From Mobula hypostoma (lineage: Eukaryota), in assembly GCF_963921235.1 (NCBI RefSeq), contig NC_086118.1, positions 22,196,001 to 22,260,000 of the forward strand: a stretch of 64,000 bases of DNA, in the 5' to 3' direction. A program made the position numbers and the translations under genes. Of the stretch, positions 11,901-25,205 are shown one piece after another. The notes beneath the pieces are model-generated. The model did not search any database. It was not told the origin of the DNA and was given only the letters and a program-made list of their open reading frames with translations. Each line of letters starts with the position of its first letter. The first letter of the stretch is position 1.

Positions 11901-13804
11901 ACAGCTTCGGGAAGAATTCATTGTGTCTTTTACACCCAGTTCCACCTTTCATGTGCACACATCCATTTCTGGTTGATCATTAAGGTTATTTAGATTTTGA
12001 AACTGCCCTATCTCTACATACTTACCTGGGAATTTGACTTTTACATGTGGAACATTTTCACAAGTTACATTGCGTACATTTAAAATGGCTGCATTCTGAG
12101 GGAATAAGAGAGTAATTGTAGATACTTGCCCGAACAGTTAAAGATCTTGAATAGATCTGAGTCACATGGAATTAATGATGTAAGTCACTGAGCTGTGCAA
12201 AAAAAGTTTGACCATTTTCTCAATCTGTAACTAACTGATTCTCGAATCGCCCCTCATCATTGAGGGAAATTAATTCCTGTTCTGCTGAATCAAATTCCAG
12301 TGGGACGCACAGACCCACTCCTCAGGGAGGGAAGTGTGTGTCTGATGTTGCTGGCCAGGAAAAAGCATCAGTTTATGTACTTTCAGAATTTATGGCTTTA
12401 ATAGTTAAATGAATGTACTCTTGCTTAAGTTTTGGAGGATGCCTTTAAGGAGTTGCAATTCAATTACTATTGTCCTCTTTTACAGGCTCCAGCAGACCTT
12501 TGAGCTAAGGATTCTGGACTGTGTTTTGATTTTTGTTTACTTTGAGTCCTTGGCTGAAGCTGGCAACCCTTTAAAAAGTGAGCACGTTGTGCAGAGTACA
12601 ACAACCCCTCAGGGGTAATAATCTGCACCCATGCCTTCTCACCATCTCCCCAGACAAATGTTTGAAGTAAGCTGTCTTGCATATCCAGCAGCAAAGAACT
12701 TGACTCTCAGGCAGAGGGTCACAAGTTCATATCCCAGCTCCAACTGATGTTTGAACTTTCTTGACCTCATTAAGTGAGTTTTGGAAGATCCCACCTGGGT
12801 TATTAGTGTAACATTGCACAGAAGAGGAGAACAGTACCTTAAGGGGAGAGGAAATCCTGTCAGGGCAAGTCACTGTGCACTATAGCACATATACATCTAA
12901 TCATGGATCTGTGATGTGATAAGTGCAGGATGGTCTAATACAAAGACCTCCCTGCTCCCACAGTAGAAGAGGAAGCACAGTGCAAGGGAAGAGAGATTAT
13001 CTAAAATATTACAGAAAGTATACAGTATGATGTCAAACTTCTGTGATTTATTTTTATATAAAATGCAGTCTAGAAAAACTATATGAGGTGTTTCTAAATT
13101 TTAAATTTTCCACATGTTCTCATCTTCTCAGGAAAATAAAGGATGTGAATATTGATGGATTTTGGTCATTCCATTTCATGATTAAACACCATCCCAGGCA
13201 AAGTACAAAGAAATCAGCCTCTGCTGCACTTTCCCACCAAGAAAGCCAGCTGCTATCTGAGTCAGGACTGTTCCCTTGACCCTTTAGATACCACAGCAGT
13301 GTTTCTATGCCTGTGCTTAGTTAAACCCAGAATTATTCACGACTTATTATTCACAACTTCAGAAGAGACTTCTTGACGCAGCAAGTGCAAGCTTCATATG
13401 AGAAATCACAGCAGATTTTGGGTTGCAGACTGGGATCCTACCTTTTGCTTCCTGCTGATCAAGTTTTTGAGTACGTTGTTGCCACCCAATCCTTGCCTAC
13501 ACTTCCAACAGTTCTCTACCTCTGCATCACTTCACTCAAATTAATATCCTTGCCACAACATTAAAACGAGTTTACCTAAGTTTACAACCAGCATGGGCAT
13601 GGATAATACTATATGTTATCCTGGTAATATCTCTGCTCAAACACATTCTCCTACACCATCTCCAGTTCAGAGACTGTTTCCAATGTTGTTCTGCCTTTGC
13701 ATTTCCCAGTTGTGTTTAGCCAAAAAAATAAGAAAACAAAAAAGTCTGGTATTTATAAAACTTATTTTACAACTCAGGGTTTTCCAAGGTGTTTTACGGG
13801 AAAT

Positions 13805-14808
13805 GAATTGAATTGAATTGACTTCATTACTTACATCCTTCGTATATGAGGAGTAAAAATCTTTGTTATGTCTCGATCTAAATGTGCAATCTGCAATTTA
13901 TAGTAATTTATAATAAATGGTATGTACAACAGGACAGTTAATATAACATAGAACTACAATTTTGTCAGCATGAATTAATCTGTCTGATGGCCTGGTGGAA
14001 GAAGCTGTCCTGGAGCCTGTTGGTCCTGGCCTTTATGCTGTGGTACCATTTCCGGGATGGTAGAAACTGGTATTCCCAGATGGTATTCAGTTTGTCGTTG
14101 GGGTGACTTGGGTCCCCAATGATCCTTTGGGCCTTTTTTACACACCTGTCTTTGTAAATGTCCTGACTAATGGGAAGTTCACATCTACAGATGCGCTGGG
14201 CTGTCCACACCGCTCTGTGCAGAGTCCTGTGATTGAGGGAAGTACAGTTCCCATACCAGGCAGTGATGCAGCCAGTCAGGATGCTCTCAATTGCATCCCT
14301 GTGGGAAGTTCTAAGGATTTGGGGGCCCATACCAAACTTTTTCAACAGTCTGAGGTGAAAGACGCACTGTTGTGCCTTTTTCACTACGCATCCGGTATGT
14401 ACAGACCATGTGAGATCCTCAGTGATGTGTATGCCGAGGAACTTAAAGCTGTTCACCCTCTCTACCCCAGATCCATTGATGTCAATAGGGGTTAACCTGT
14501 CTCCATTCCTCCTGTAGTCAACAACCAGCTCCTTTGTTTTTGCAACATTAAGGGAGAAGTTGTTTTCTTGACACCACTGTGTCAGGATGATGACTTCTTC
14601 TCTGTAGCCTGCCTCATTATTATTTGAGATTAGGTTGATCAGTGTAGTATTGTCAGCAAATTTAATTAGCCGTTGGGAGCTGTGGGTGGCGACACAGTCA
14701 TAGTAAATGAGGTGTTTAGTACACAGCCTTGAGGGACACCTGTGTTGAGGGCTAGAGGGGCAGAGGTGAGGGAGCTCACTCTTACCACCTGCTGACCATC
14801 TGACAGGT
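13805..14808 (-). mobile_element. Rex1/Babar LINE, RT C-terminal half to tail
   Basis: ORF FKFLGIHITEDLTWS...IESILTGCITAWYG...DPSHP...SFFHQAIR; (CAATT)n tail at 13805-13820. Confidence 0.85.
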
Positions 14809-15862
14809 GAACTACTTTCAAACTAAAGTTACCACTGCCAATATAAGAAGCATGCAGTCAATATGCATAACGTGAGCTGCCATAAGCAAGAAATAGCTGC
14901 AGTACCAGATTTGTTTCGGTATTTATTGAGGTATAAATTTTAACCAGTGACCAATACAGGTGGTGCAGGTGAAGCCCAGCGACTACTTGCCTGGAGGAAA
15001 CAAAACAAAGGAAGCTACTAACTACGTTATTAATCATACTTTTTCTGGTAAATGATCACTGCCATCAATAGTCTGTAACTGCCCTTTCTGAGCTGTGATT
15101 TTGAACCGCATGTACGCCCTGGCATTTTTGCGGTGTGAATTGAAGTTTTGAAGGTGCAGGATGATTGCAGCTTGGCATCGTAGCGCCAAATCGAGGTGGC
15201 GGGGCCCAGGCCTGAAAGCAGCGAATGAGCCAATGTTTGGCCATTGCTGGAGCAGACTTGGAAGCGATTCGATGCCACTCTGGGCCCGAGAGCTTGGAAA
15301 GGCAATAGGTTTGATCAATTTAAGCACCGGGCCAAATTGAAAAGGTTAGGCACGGCCTGAGAGTGTATCGAAGTGGCAGGACACAGGTCAGAGAGCGAGG
15401 AACAACTGGTGGTTTGGACGAAAAAGCTCTGAGCCAGATTGAAAAGGTCGGGGTGTCAAGGCCAGAGGTGATGGGTAGGCTGGTGCTCAGCTCGTTGCTC
15501 TGTGTGGTTTATTCATCTCTGCGCTGAACTGAGGCTGTGGCCTACAATTAACAGGCTCCTGATTTGACTGCGGTGATGACTGGCTTCATGGCTGTGGACT
15601 CACTTTCCTGAACTTCAGTTGCTTATTTGCTTTTGCACAATTAGTTTGTTTTTTTCTCTCTCCACATTGGGTGTTCGATGGTTTTTTTTTAAGTGGGTTC
15701 TATTGGGTTTCTTTTTTTTGTTGCTGTCTGTAAGGAGATGAATCTCATCGTTGTATATAGTATAAAAACAACAGGAATTCTGCAGATGCTGGAAATTCAA
15801 GCAACACACATCAAAGTTGCTGGTGAACGCAGCAGGCCAGGCAGCATCTCTAGGAAGAGGTA

Positions 15863-15900
15863 CAGTCGACGTTTCAGGCTGAGACCCTTCATCAGGACTA
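15863..15900 (-). ncRNA. Minimal type-I hammerhead ribozyme in pLTR, core intact
   Basis: Minus strand reads AGUC-CUGAUGA-AGG gucucag CCU-GAAA-CGUC/GACU: stem I AGUC/GACU, stem II AGG/CCU, palindromic ACGU stem III. Confidence 0.8.
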
Positions 15901-16191
15901 ACTGAAGGAAGAGTGAGTAAGGGATTTGAAAGCTGGAGGGGGAGGGGGAGATGCAAAATGATAGGAGAAGACAGGAGGGGGAGGGATGGAGCCGAGAGCT
16001 GGACAGGTGATAGGCAAAAGGGATACGAGAGGATCTTGGGACAGGAGGTCCGGGAAGAAAGATGGGGGGGGGTGACCCAGAGGATGGGCAAGAGGTATAT
16101 TCAGAGGGACAGAGGGAGAAAAAGGAGAGTGAGAGAAAGAATGTGTGCATAAAAATAAGTAACAGATGGGGTACGAGGGGGAGGTGGGGCC

Positions 16192-17173
16192 TTAGCGGAA
16201 GTTAGAGAAGTCGATGTTCATGCCATCAGGTTGGAGGCTACCCAGATGGAATATAAGGTGTTGTTCCTCCAACCTGAGTGTGGCTTCATCTTTACAGTAG
16301 AGGAGGCCGTGGATAGACATGTCAGAATGGGAATGGGATGTGGAATTAAAATGTGTGGCCACTGGGAGATCCTGCTTTCTCTGGCGGACAGAGCGTAGAT
16401 GTTCAACAAAGCGGTCTCCCAGTCTGCGTCGGGTCTCACCAATATATAAAAGGCCACATCGGGAGCACCGGACGCAGTATATCACCCCAGTCGCCTCACA
16501 GGTGAAGTGTTGCCTCACCTGGAAGGACTGTTTGGGACCCTGAATGGTGGTAAGGGAGGAAGTGTAAGGGCATGTGTAGCACTTGTTCCGCTTACACTGA
16601 TAAGTGCCAGGAGGGAGATCAGTGGGGAGGGATGGGGGGGACGAATGGACAAGGGAGTTGTGTAGGGAGCAATCCCTGCGGAATCCAGGGGGGGTGGAGG
16701 GAAAGATGTGCTTAGTGGTGGGATCCCGTTGGAGGTGGCGGAAGTTACGGAGAATAATATGTTGGACCCTGAGGCTGGTGGGGTGGTAGGTGAGGACCAG
16801 GGGAACCCTATTCCTAGTGGGGTGGCGGGAGGATGGAGTGAGAGCAGATGTAGGTGAAATGGGGGAGATGCGTTTAAGAGCAGAGTTGATAGTGGAGGAA
16901 GGGAAGCCCCTTTCTTTAAAAAAGGAAGACATCTCCCTGGTCCTAGAATGAAAAGCCTCATCCTGAGAGCAGATGCGGCGGAGACCGAGGAATTGCAAGA
17001 AGGGGATGGCGTTTTTGCAAGAGACAGGGTGAGAAGAGGAATAGTCCAGATAGCTGTGAGAGTCAGTAGGCTTATAGTAGACATCAGTGGATAAGCTGTC
17101 TCCAGAGACAGAAACAGAAAGATTTAGAAAGGGGAGGGAGGTGTCGGAAATGGACCAGGTAAACTTGAGGGCA
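16192..17173 (-). pseudogene. Penelope RT C-terminus/thumb and GIY-YIG endonuclease (uninterrupted frame, 5' truncated)
   Basis: PALKFTW..SLPFL..TDVYYKPTDSHSYLDYSSSHP; CKRNKCYTC linker; GVIYCVRCSRCGLLYIGETRRRLGDRFVEH...RLEEQHLIFHLGSLQPDGMN. Confidence 0.9.
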
Positions 17174-17399
17174 GGGTCTCGGCCTGAAATGTCGACTGCA
17201 CCTCTTCCTACAGATGCTGCTTGGCCTGCTGCGTTCACCAGCAACTTTGATGTGTGTTGCTTGTATATAGTATATTTACTTTGATGATAAAGGTACTTTG
17301 ACTTTAGGTGTGGAATAATCACATCATAGATGGGCACAGTTCACCACCTCAAGTCCATTCTTGTTCTTTGTAGAACAATTTAGTCCGTCTTATTCTTTT

Positions 17400-17785
17400 T
17401 CACTGTCTATAGTCCTGCATGTTTATTTCCTTCAAGAACCTATTGAATTGCATTTTGAAATCAATCATCTTAGCTTCCACCACCCTAATAGGATGCGAGT
17501 TCCTGGTCATTGTAAATAAAAATTTTTCCTCACATCCCCTCTGCTCCTTAAATCTGTGCCCCACTTTAACCCACAACTCCTGCACTTTAAGTTATAGGAG
17601 CAGCTTTTCTTTTGTCTATCTTATCCAAACCTGCCATAATCTTGCACCCCTCTATCAAATCTTCAACCACTTCCTCTTCTCAAAGGACAGCAAACCCACC
17701 TTCACCAACCTGACCTCAAGAACTATTCAGGTAAATCTTTTCCACATCCTCTCAAGGATCCTTATATCCTTCCTAGACTGTGATG
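17400..17785 (-). mobile_element. Old CR1 3' fragment
   Basis: Antisense reads GHRFK...RG...EKFLFT, with degraded CR1 ORF2-end motifs. Confidence 0.55.
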
Positions 17786-18047
17786 TTCAGCAAGACCTCC
17801 CTACTTTTGTTTTCAGTACTTCTAATTATGAAGCTCTGATAACAACTGCTTCAATATGTTTTAATGCCTGTGCACATGAACTCAATGAACTATGCCACAA
17901 AGTCTATATTGTGTCTCCCCAAGCTGTGTTAAATTCTATCTGTCGGTTGTCTGCATATTCTGTTAATTTATCTTAGTATTTTTGCAACAATGATATCCAC
18001 TTTACTGGTCATCACACCTTCCTTTTTCAATGTGCAATATTCAATCG

Positions 18048-19400
18048 TCAAGTCAAGTCAAGTAAAACTTATTGTCATTTAACTATATACATGCATATAA
18101 GGTATATAATCATATCAAGTATATAGAAGCAAGAAGTTTCTTTGAACGAGGGTGTAAAGCACAAAACACACGATAACTTATGAAGGTAAGGATAAGATCT
18201 ACAGATGAATTACACATATTTAACACACTAATGTGTATTAATATTAAATATTGTAAAGCAAGCAACAGATTAACCAGTGACACTTTGAATACAACACGGC
18301 CAGGAGTTCAGAAGCCTAATGGCCTGGGGGAAGAAATTGTTTCCCATCCAGATCATTCTTGTTTTATGCATTGGAGTCTCCTGCCTGATGGTAGAAAGTC
18401 CAAGAGAATGCTAGATGTATGGGTGGGATCTTTAATAATACTAAGGGCCCTGTGTATGCAGCGCTCCTGATAAATGTCCCCGATGGATGGTAGAGAGACC
18501 CCTATGATCCTCTTAGCTGTTCTCACAGTCCTTTACAGGGACTTCAGGTCCGATGCTCGACTGCTCCCATCCCAGTTGGAGATGCAAATTCTCAGGATGC
18601 TCTCAATGGTAGTCCAGCAAATGCAGTCAAGATGGTGGGGATGGTGGAAGCCTTGTTTGCCTCAATCTTCTTAGGAGGTGGAGACGCTACTGTGCCTTCT
18701 TGTTCAGGGAGGTGATATTAAGGGACTAGGTTAGGTCATCTGTGATGTGAATTCCCAGGAACTTGGTACACTTAACTCTCTCTAAGGAGGAGACATGTAT
18801 TCGCAGAGTGGGATGGTTTGTCTGTGTCTTCCTGAAGTCCACAATGATTTCCCTTGTCTTCTCCATGTTCAGGCTTAAGTTATATTTCTTACACCAATCC
18901 ACCAGCCACTCCACTTCCTCTCTATACTCCGTCTCACCATCATTCTTGATAAAGCCAACCAGTGTTATGCCATCTGCAAACTTGATGGCACAGTTTGAGC
19001 TGGATCCCATGACACAGTCGTGCATCATCATTGTGAACAGCAGCGGGCTGAGTACACGGCCTTGGGGAGCAACAGCGCTCAGCGTAATGGGACGAGAGAC
19101 GCTGCTGCCCACACAGATGACTGTGGTCTACTGTTAAAGAAGTCCAGTATCCAACTGCATAGGGTGGTGTTGAGATCCAGAGAGGTCAGTTTTCCCACCA
19201 GTTTCTGGAGTATGATGGCATTGAATGCCAAACTGAAGTCTACAACCAGCAGTCTGGCATATGAGACCCCATTTTCCAGGTGGGACAGGACAGAGCAGAG
19301 AGCAGAGCTATTGCATCATCCGTGGATTGACTTTAGCGATAAGCGAACTGGAAAGGGTCCAGTGTAGCTGGATGAAAGGCTTTAATGTGCTCCATGAAAC
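18048..19400 (-). mobile_element. Rex1/Babar LINE fragment, RT core to tail
   Basis: ORF PQGRVLSPLLFT...IKFADG...YREEVEWLVDWCKKYNLSLN.EKTREIIVDFRK...KFLGIHITDDL; (GACTT)n tail at ~18048-18063. Confidence 0.85.
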
Positions 19401-20059
19401 ATTAAATTGTGGGGCTTGATGAGATTTAATTTTAATATCCCTGCCAGAGAATGCTGAGTGCATCTACAGTATGCAGACAATCCTCTTTCTGGGTGAGTTA
19501 GCTTCGTGCTCAATTTCTCCTAAAACAACATCTTCCCCCAACTGAAATGCTTCCTAATGACTGTTTTCCTTCCACAGGCCCCTGTTTATCTCTTAATCCA
19601 TTGGTGTTCTTTGTCCCTACATGGTCAGTGTCAACATTTCCAATTGTGCTGCGAAACACCTTTGGATTCCTCACTCTATACAAAGGGTGCAAGATGAATA
19701 TTTCTTTGGATTGACTAATGCTCCGAAAGTAGATGACAACTAAAGTCTAAATACACTTGAGCTGTTTACCATGGTCAAATAACATTTGAATTATTACTAA
19801 GTCACAAATGAAGAATATGGAGTTGAATGAATTTTTTGAGCCTGACAATATGTGTCAAATCATATCCCACCACCACAGGTAAATGGAAAAGAAGATTATG
19901 ATGAGAAGCAAAAGAAATATTTTCAAATCAAGGTGGTGATAAGGAGGACAAATTGGAAGGTTGTTTACTGTAATCTTTGTGTGGTCTACACTATTTTAAC
20001 TTTTAGTTGTGGTTCAGCTCGTGGCAAGCCTGCCTCCAAATTGCAATGTTGTGAGCTTT

Positions 20060-20390
20060 AAGTTCTCCTGCAGAGACTTGAATGTAAAAAATCTAGACTG
20101 GCACTTGGGTGAAATACTGGATGAGTGCTGTAATACCAGAGGTGTTATCTTTTGCCTGGGATGTTAAAGGCCTTAAATGGACATAAGAGCTTCTATGATA
20201 CTATTACACAGAAGAACAAGGTGTATATATCTGCCTCAGCATAAAGTCAATTAACTGTTCATCATTGAATTGAGTTTGATGTCTGCTGCAACATGCTGCA
20301 ATATTGCCTGCACTCAAAACTTCATTGACTGTAGAGAGTTTGTTCATTTTGAGATTATGAGGAAGACTATTCAAATACAAGTTTTATTTT
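20060..20390 (+). mobile_element. Ancient Deu-domain SINE (SacSINE1/AmnSINE1-like), highly degraded
   Basis: Recalled consensus-like segments gatgagtgctg..a..ccagaggtg.tatctttt...gatgttaaa and ttcattgactgtagagagttt...gagattatga...ctattcaaatacaag. Confidence 0.5.
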
Positions 20391-21001
20391 GTTAAGTTTA
20401 TCTGAAACACCGAGAAATGGCCAACACTATTTGTCTAAAATCTGACTTTACACAAAATGGATCCATTGTTCCCTTTAACAAACTGGAGAGCAAATTGTAT
20501 AAAATAAGAAGAAACACTCTAAGAATTAAGGTTGTGAAGAGAGATTAACGGATACTCAAGATCCTGTCAAGCTGTAGTCCGAATTCAGCTTAATACTTAA
20601 TTTGACAAAACTAATGAGACAATGTAAACTATCTGAGATTATTGCAGCACTGTGTGAGGACAGAATGTAAGCAGTTCATGCTGCAACTTGATCCATATCT
20701 TGAAGCATGGTTATTAAATGATGGATTTACAGATCTCCTTATATTTGCTGTCATTTTAATTGCATTCAGCTGTAGTTCTGTTAGGTTAGTTTTTTTGTTA
20801 TAGTTATCTGGTCTTGTTGTAATCACCACAGTATTCAATACATTCTCACAGCCTTCATCAATTTAAGATCAAGACTTCAGATCTGGTAGAAAACTCAGAC
20901 TCATAAAACTAGGCCAAAAAGTTTTTCAAAGAAAGGAGTTACTTTTTTTAAAACTCTGGGCACCTTGTTATTTTATCATTAAAAAAGTGAAAAGTAGATA
21001 G

Positions 21002-21432
21002 TGTTGCTGTCTGAATGAAGTCACTGGAGAAACGTACTAGTGGATATGAAGCAGCTTCTTTATTTGACAAAACAAGATAAAGCAGACATCATATTGAGGT
21101 CCTTTCCGTCAAAAGATCTGGCTGGCCCAACACGGGCTCAATATTTTGTGTGCTAAACATCAAAGGACAATTCCATATTTACAATGTATCCCCAATGCTT
21201 TCATTAAAACTACGCACAAACTTCACACATCCCTATTCGTACCTACACCACAGACATCCAAAAGAATTTTAATCAGCATTGACTGGTCTGTGATTCAAGG
21301 CTTTTAGGAACCCATTGTTCAAAGCTGTTTTTTAAAAATTAAATCTACAATTTATATTCAGAGTTGAAGATTGGTAGCTGAAGTCATTTGTTAAATGTAG
21401 ATGTGCAGACCCAAAGATTGCTCTAATCCACA
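21002..21432 (-). mobile_element. Solo LTR of the ERV family at 42244-47067
   Basis: TG...CA ends; aligns along its length with 42809-43388; flanked by gatag (20997-21001) and gataa (21433-21437), a 5-bp TSD with one mismatch. Confidence 0.8.
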
Positions 21433-21809
21433 GATAATTTCGGTGAATACAAAATTTATGTTTTTTGATATGTTAAGGGATACTGCAAAGTGATGAGGGC
21501 AGTGAAGTGCACACGGGCACAACTGATGGAGTGATGGGTCAATGAACTCTGAAGTAAAGTGTTGCAGAATTATTGAGCTGACAAGTAACAACTCTGGCAA
21601 GAAAAATGGTCTAGACATTCATCCCTGGTTGATGGCATTAAAAGTGCTAAGTAATATCAGCTATGTGTCACAATTTGCTTCCGAAGTGCAATTCTACTGA
21701 GCTGAAGTACAACAGGCTGCAACCAGAGATTAAAGTAAGTTGATGTGGACTGGCACTCTATAGGTTAAGCAAGGGGCTGAGGCATAGCATAAATATGTTA
21801 TACTATACT

Positions 21810-22003
21810 ATACTTCATTAGGAGTTTGAAGAGATTTGGTATGTGAACAAAAGCACTCAAAAACTTCTATAGATGTACCGTGGAGAGCATTCTGACAGTC
21901 TGCATCACTGTCTGGTGGGGGGATGGGGGGGGCTACTGCACAGGACCGAAAGAAGTTGCAGAGGGTTGTAAATCTAGTCAGCTCCATCTTGGGTACTAGC
22001 CTA
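21810..22003 (+). mobile_element. Rex1/Babar internal fragment
   Basis: ...FYRCTVESILTVCITVWWG...AQDRKKLQRVV. Confidence 0.75.
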
Positions 22004-22790
22004 CAAGTCACCCTGCATTCTCATAACATCCTCCTCACTTGTCACACTGCCACCCAGCTTTGTGTCATCTGCAAATTTGCTAATGTTACTTTTGATCTCT
22101 TCATCTAAATCATTAATGTATATTGTAAATAGCTGCGGTCCCAGCACCGAGCCTTGCGGTACCCCACTAGTCACTGCCTGCCATTCTGAAAAGGACACAT
22201 TCGTCCCTACTCTTTGTTTCCTGTCTGCCAACCAATTTTCTATCCATGTCAGTACCCTACCCCCAATACCATTTGCTTTAATTTTGCACACTAACCTCCT
22301 ATGTAGGACCTTATCAAAGGCCTTCTGAAAGTCCAGGTACACTACATCCACTGGCTTTCCTACGTCCATTTTCATAGTTACATTCTCAAAAAATTCCAGA
22401 AAATTAGTCAAGCATGATTTCCCCTTCGTAAATCCATTCTGACTCAGACCTATCCTGCCACTGCTATCCAAATATGCCGCTATTACATCTTTTATAATTG
22501 ATTCCAGCATCTTCCCCACCACTGATGTCAGACTAACTGGTCTGTAATTGCCTGTTTTCTCTCTCCCTCCTTTCTTAAAAAGTGGGATAACATTAGCTAC
22601 CCTCCAATCCGCAGGAACTGATCCTGATTGGAAAATGATTACCAATGCATCCACGATTTCTAGAGCCACCTCCTTAAATACCCTGGGATGCAGACCATTA
22701 GGCCCTGGGGATTTATCAACCTTCAGTCCCATCAGTTTACCCAACACCATTTTGTGCCTGATGCGAATTTCCTTCAGTTCCTCCGTTACC
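22004..22790 (-). mobile_element. CR1 LINE reverse-transcriptase fragment, open frame
   Basis: KSPGPNGLHPRV...WRVANVIPLFKKG...NYRPVSLTSVVGK...VYLDFQKAFDKV...GVPQGSVLGP.LF.IYINDL...KFADDTKLGG. Confidence 0.95.
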
Positions 22791-22816
22791 AGTAACCAGT
22801 AACCAGTCTAAATGGT

Positions 22817-23500
22817 GAGAAGATGGCAGTGCGACGCAGCTCGCAGCGGCCACTCTGGTGATGATTTCTGTATTTGTCAAGTAGTGTGCCATACACAATC
22901 CTGATTTGATAGAGACGGACGTGAGAGCACGGAGGAACATCTGGTGAAACTTCTGAAATGCCTGCTTTGCTGCTGCTGCTACTGTGTGGTCCAGGATCTC
23001 CGGAGGGGAAGGCCCCGAGTCCTCGGCTTTGCTTGTTGCTCGGCGGCTGGGGCAGGGTCGAAGCGCTCAGCAGAGGATGGTGCTCGGAGAGGCTGTGTCG
23101 AAGGGGCTGGTCAGAGGCTTGAAATTTTCGGATGGACTCAGAGTCCGCTGCGGTCGGGTGCTTCCAATGGTGCTGCATCGGCAAGTTGGCGGTGCTTGGA
23201 GGTTCATGGCAGGGAGGGAGAGTTTCTCCCTTCTGCTGCCTGTGTGAGATGATGAGTCTATCGGGACTTTGAGTCTTTTTTTTACCGTACCCATGGTCTG
23301 CTCTCTATCAAATTATAGTATTGCTTTGCACTGTTGTAACTGTATGTTATAATTATGTGGTTTTGTTAGTTTTAGTTTTTGTTTAACCTATGTTTTCTTG
23401 TGATATCATTCTGGAGGAACATTGTATCATTTTTTAATGCGTGCATTTCTAAATGACAATAAACGAGGATTGAGTGTCCTCATAATCTAATGTAATCTAA
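22817..23500 (+). mobile_element. Full-length ~680 bp non-coding, non-autonomous retroposon (AAGATGGC head, (TCTAA)n tail)
   Basis: 12-bp direct repeat tctaaatggtga at 22807-22818 and 23496-23507; homologous copies at 61400-62090(-) and 49173-49362(-). Confidence 0.8.
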
Positions 23501-24159
23501 ATGGTGATTGTATATAGATTGGAACTTGCATATTTAATGAAAAAGCCCACTCTTATTAAGATCCAATTTATAACCCGAAAAACTACTAAACTGAGCAAGT
23601 AGTAAAATTACTGCAGGGATGGATTTCTCTGGATTAGAGATATATAGTAACAGGTCATCTGCAAATAATGATACCTTATGCATCCCATTCCCACGAATAA
23701 TGCCAGATATATTGGGTGAATCACCAGTGATTATAAATCTGATTCTGATTATATCTGTAATGTTAGTGATATGATTGTACTGAAAGAAAAAATTTAATGT
23801 GCTTTCAAATGTGGCTGCAGCTATTCAAGTATTCACACAAGAGACTGATCCCTAGTGCACAAGAAGTGTGGAAGTTTTAATTGCCCTCAAAATGGCAGTT
23901 ACAGGGGTTTGTGTGCAGCACATTAAACAATGGTCATATCAAGTGAATTGGAAGTAAGAAATTAGGTTGGACAGAGTTTTAAAGGGGAAGAAATAATAGG
24001 ATATTGAAACATGCTCTTCACAGAGAAGACATGCACCAGTGGAGACTGATGCATGTCTTCTGACTGCGAAAGGAGCTGCTAAGTGGAATAGCTGCAGTGA
24101 GTAGCAGAGGGAAATTGGACAGATAAATGAGAAGTGATGAAAAAAAAAGTTTTATTGGC

Positions 24160-24600
24160 TGATACGGGTAAAGTTTACACCACACGCTGTTGGAGCAGTG
24201 CTGCCAGGATAATCAAGGACACGACCCACCCAGCCAACACACTTTTTGTCCCTCTTCCCTCTGGGAAAAGGCTCAGGAACTTGAAGACTCGTATGGCCAG
24301 ATTTGGGAACAGCTTCCTTCCAACTGTGATAAGACTGCTGAACAGATCCTGACCCGGATCTGGGCCGTACCCTCCAAATATCCGGACCTGCCTCTCGGTT
24401 TTTTTGCACTACCTTACTTTCCATTTTTCTATTTTCTATTTATGATCTATAATTTAAATTTTTAATATTTACTAATTTTTACTATTTTTAATTTTTAATA
24501 TTTGTAATCCAGGGAGTGGGAAGCACAGAATCAAATATCGCTGTGATGATTGTAATCAATTGTTTGGCAACAATAAAGTATAAAGTAAAGTAAAGTAAAG
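24160..24600 (+). mobile_element. Rex1/Babar LINE 3' end
   Basis: IIKDTTHPANTLFVPLPSGKRLRNLKTRMARFGNSFLPTVIRLLN; AATAAA and (AAAGT)n tail. Confidence 0.85.
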
Positions 24601-24959
24601 TTGAAGGAGGCCAGTGTGGTAGTCAAATATTGCCAAACAGTTTTGCTCTAACTAGTCGTTCTTTTTTTTGATGAGGAATGTATTCCATCTACAAAGGCAC
24701 AATACAATAGCTAAGTATTAAATAGTTGTCAAATAGGATTTGTACTGGTAGCATTTGGGAATCCAAAAGTTCATCACTTAGAAATATTTGGTTTCTCTTT
24801 GATAATTTGTTTCAGTGTTTGCTGATGTAGTGTTTACTCACAGTACTTGGCAAATGGGGTCTTCCAATACAATAATGGTGGCTATTAGCACGTGGTATAA
24901 AATAATCCCATATTCTACTCCTTTCAGAGTATTTAAATCTAGCATGCGTCTTTAAGAGA

Positions 24960-25205
24960 ATGAAAGCAGAGTGTTCTGGAAATACTCAGCTGGTCAGGCA
25001 GAATGTGTGAAAAGAGTTAACATAAACGCCAGGGATACTGCAGATGCTCGAAATCCAGAGTAACACACACACAGCTCTGGAGGAATTGAACAGGTCAGGT
25101 AGCATCTACGGAAATGAATAAACAGTCAGCGTTTCAGGCTGAGACCCTTCTTCAGAGAGTTAACATTTCAGTTTGATCATCTTTTGCTGTACACTCTTGT
25201 ATTTC
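24960..25205 (-). repeat. Older, nested Penelope pLTR-derived short repeats with a decayed hammerhead
   Basis: ctgcagatgct.gaaatcc...ggtcagg.agcatcta.gga...cgtttcaggctgagacccttcttcag, whose reverse complement is CUGAAGA...GAAACG. Confidence 0.6.

Larger units (their letters stand above)
15765..17260 (-). mobile_element. 5'-truncated Penelope-like element (Neptune type) with 3' pLTR and an inverted partial pLTR at the 5' end
   Basis: RT thumb, Cys linker and GIY-YIG coding region; 14-bp TSD ttgtatatagtata at 15751-15764 and 17261-17274; inverted pLTR at ~17174-17260. Confidence 0.95.
14957..17305 (+). repeat. Non-coding LINE-tailed retroposon split by the Penelope insertion (14957-15764 and 17261-17305)
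   Basis: Sequence is continuous across the TSD and ends ...tttgatgataaaggtactttgacttt, a tail type seen elsewhere in the window (10540-10740, 41420-41700, 59320-59520). The start is approximate. Confidence 0.55.

Noticed and set aside
16192-17337. 381-aa ORF as an intact or domesticated gene
   Set aside because: Its first ~55 aa come from flank plus the antisense inverted pLTR, and the RT catalytic core is missing. The same pLTR frame (LLVNAAG) is also fused in frame at 29930, but that is a 1-in-3 coincidence.
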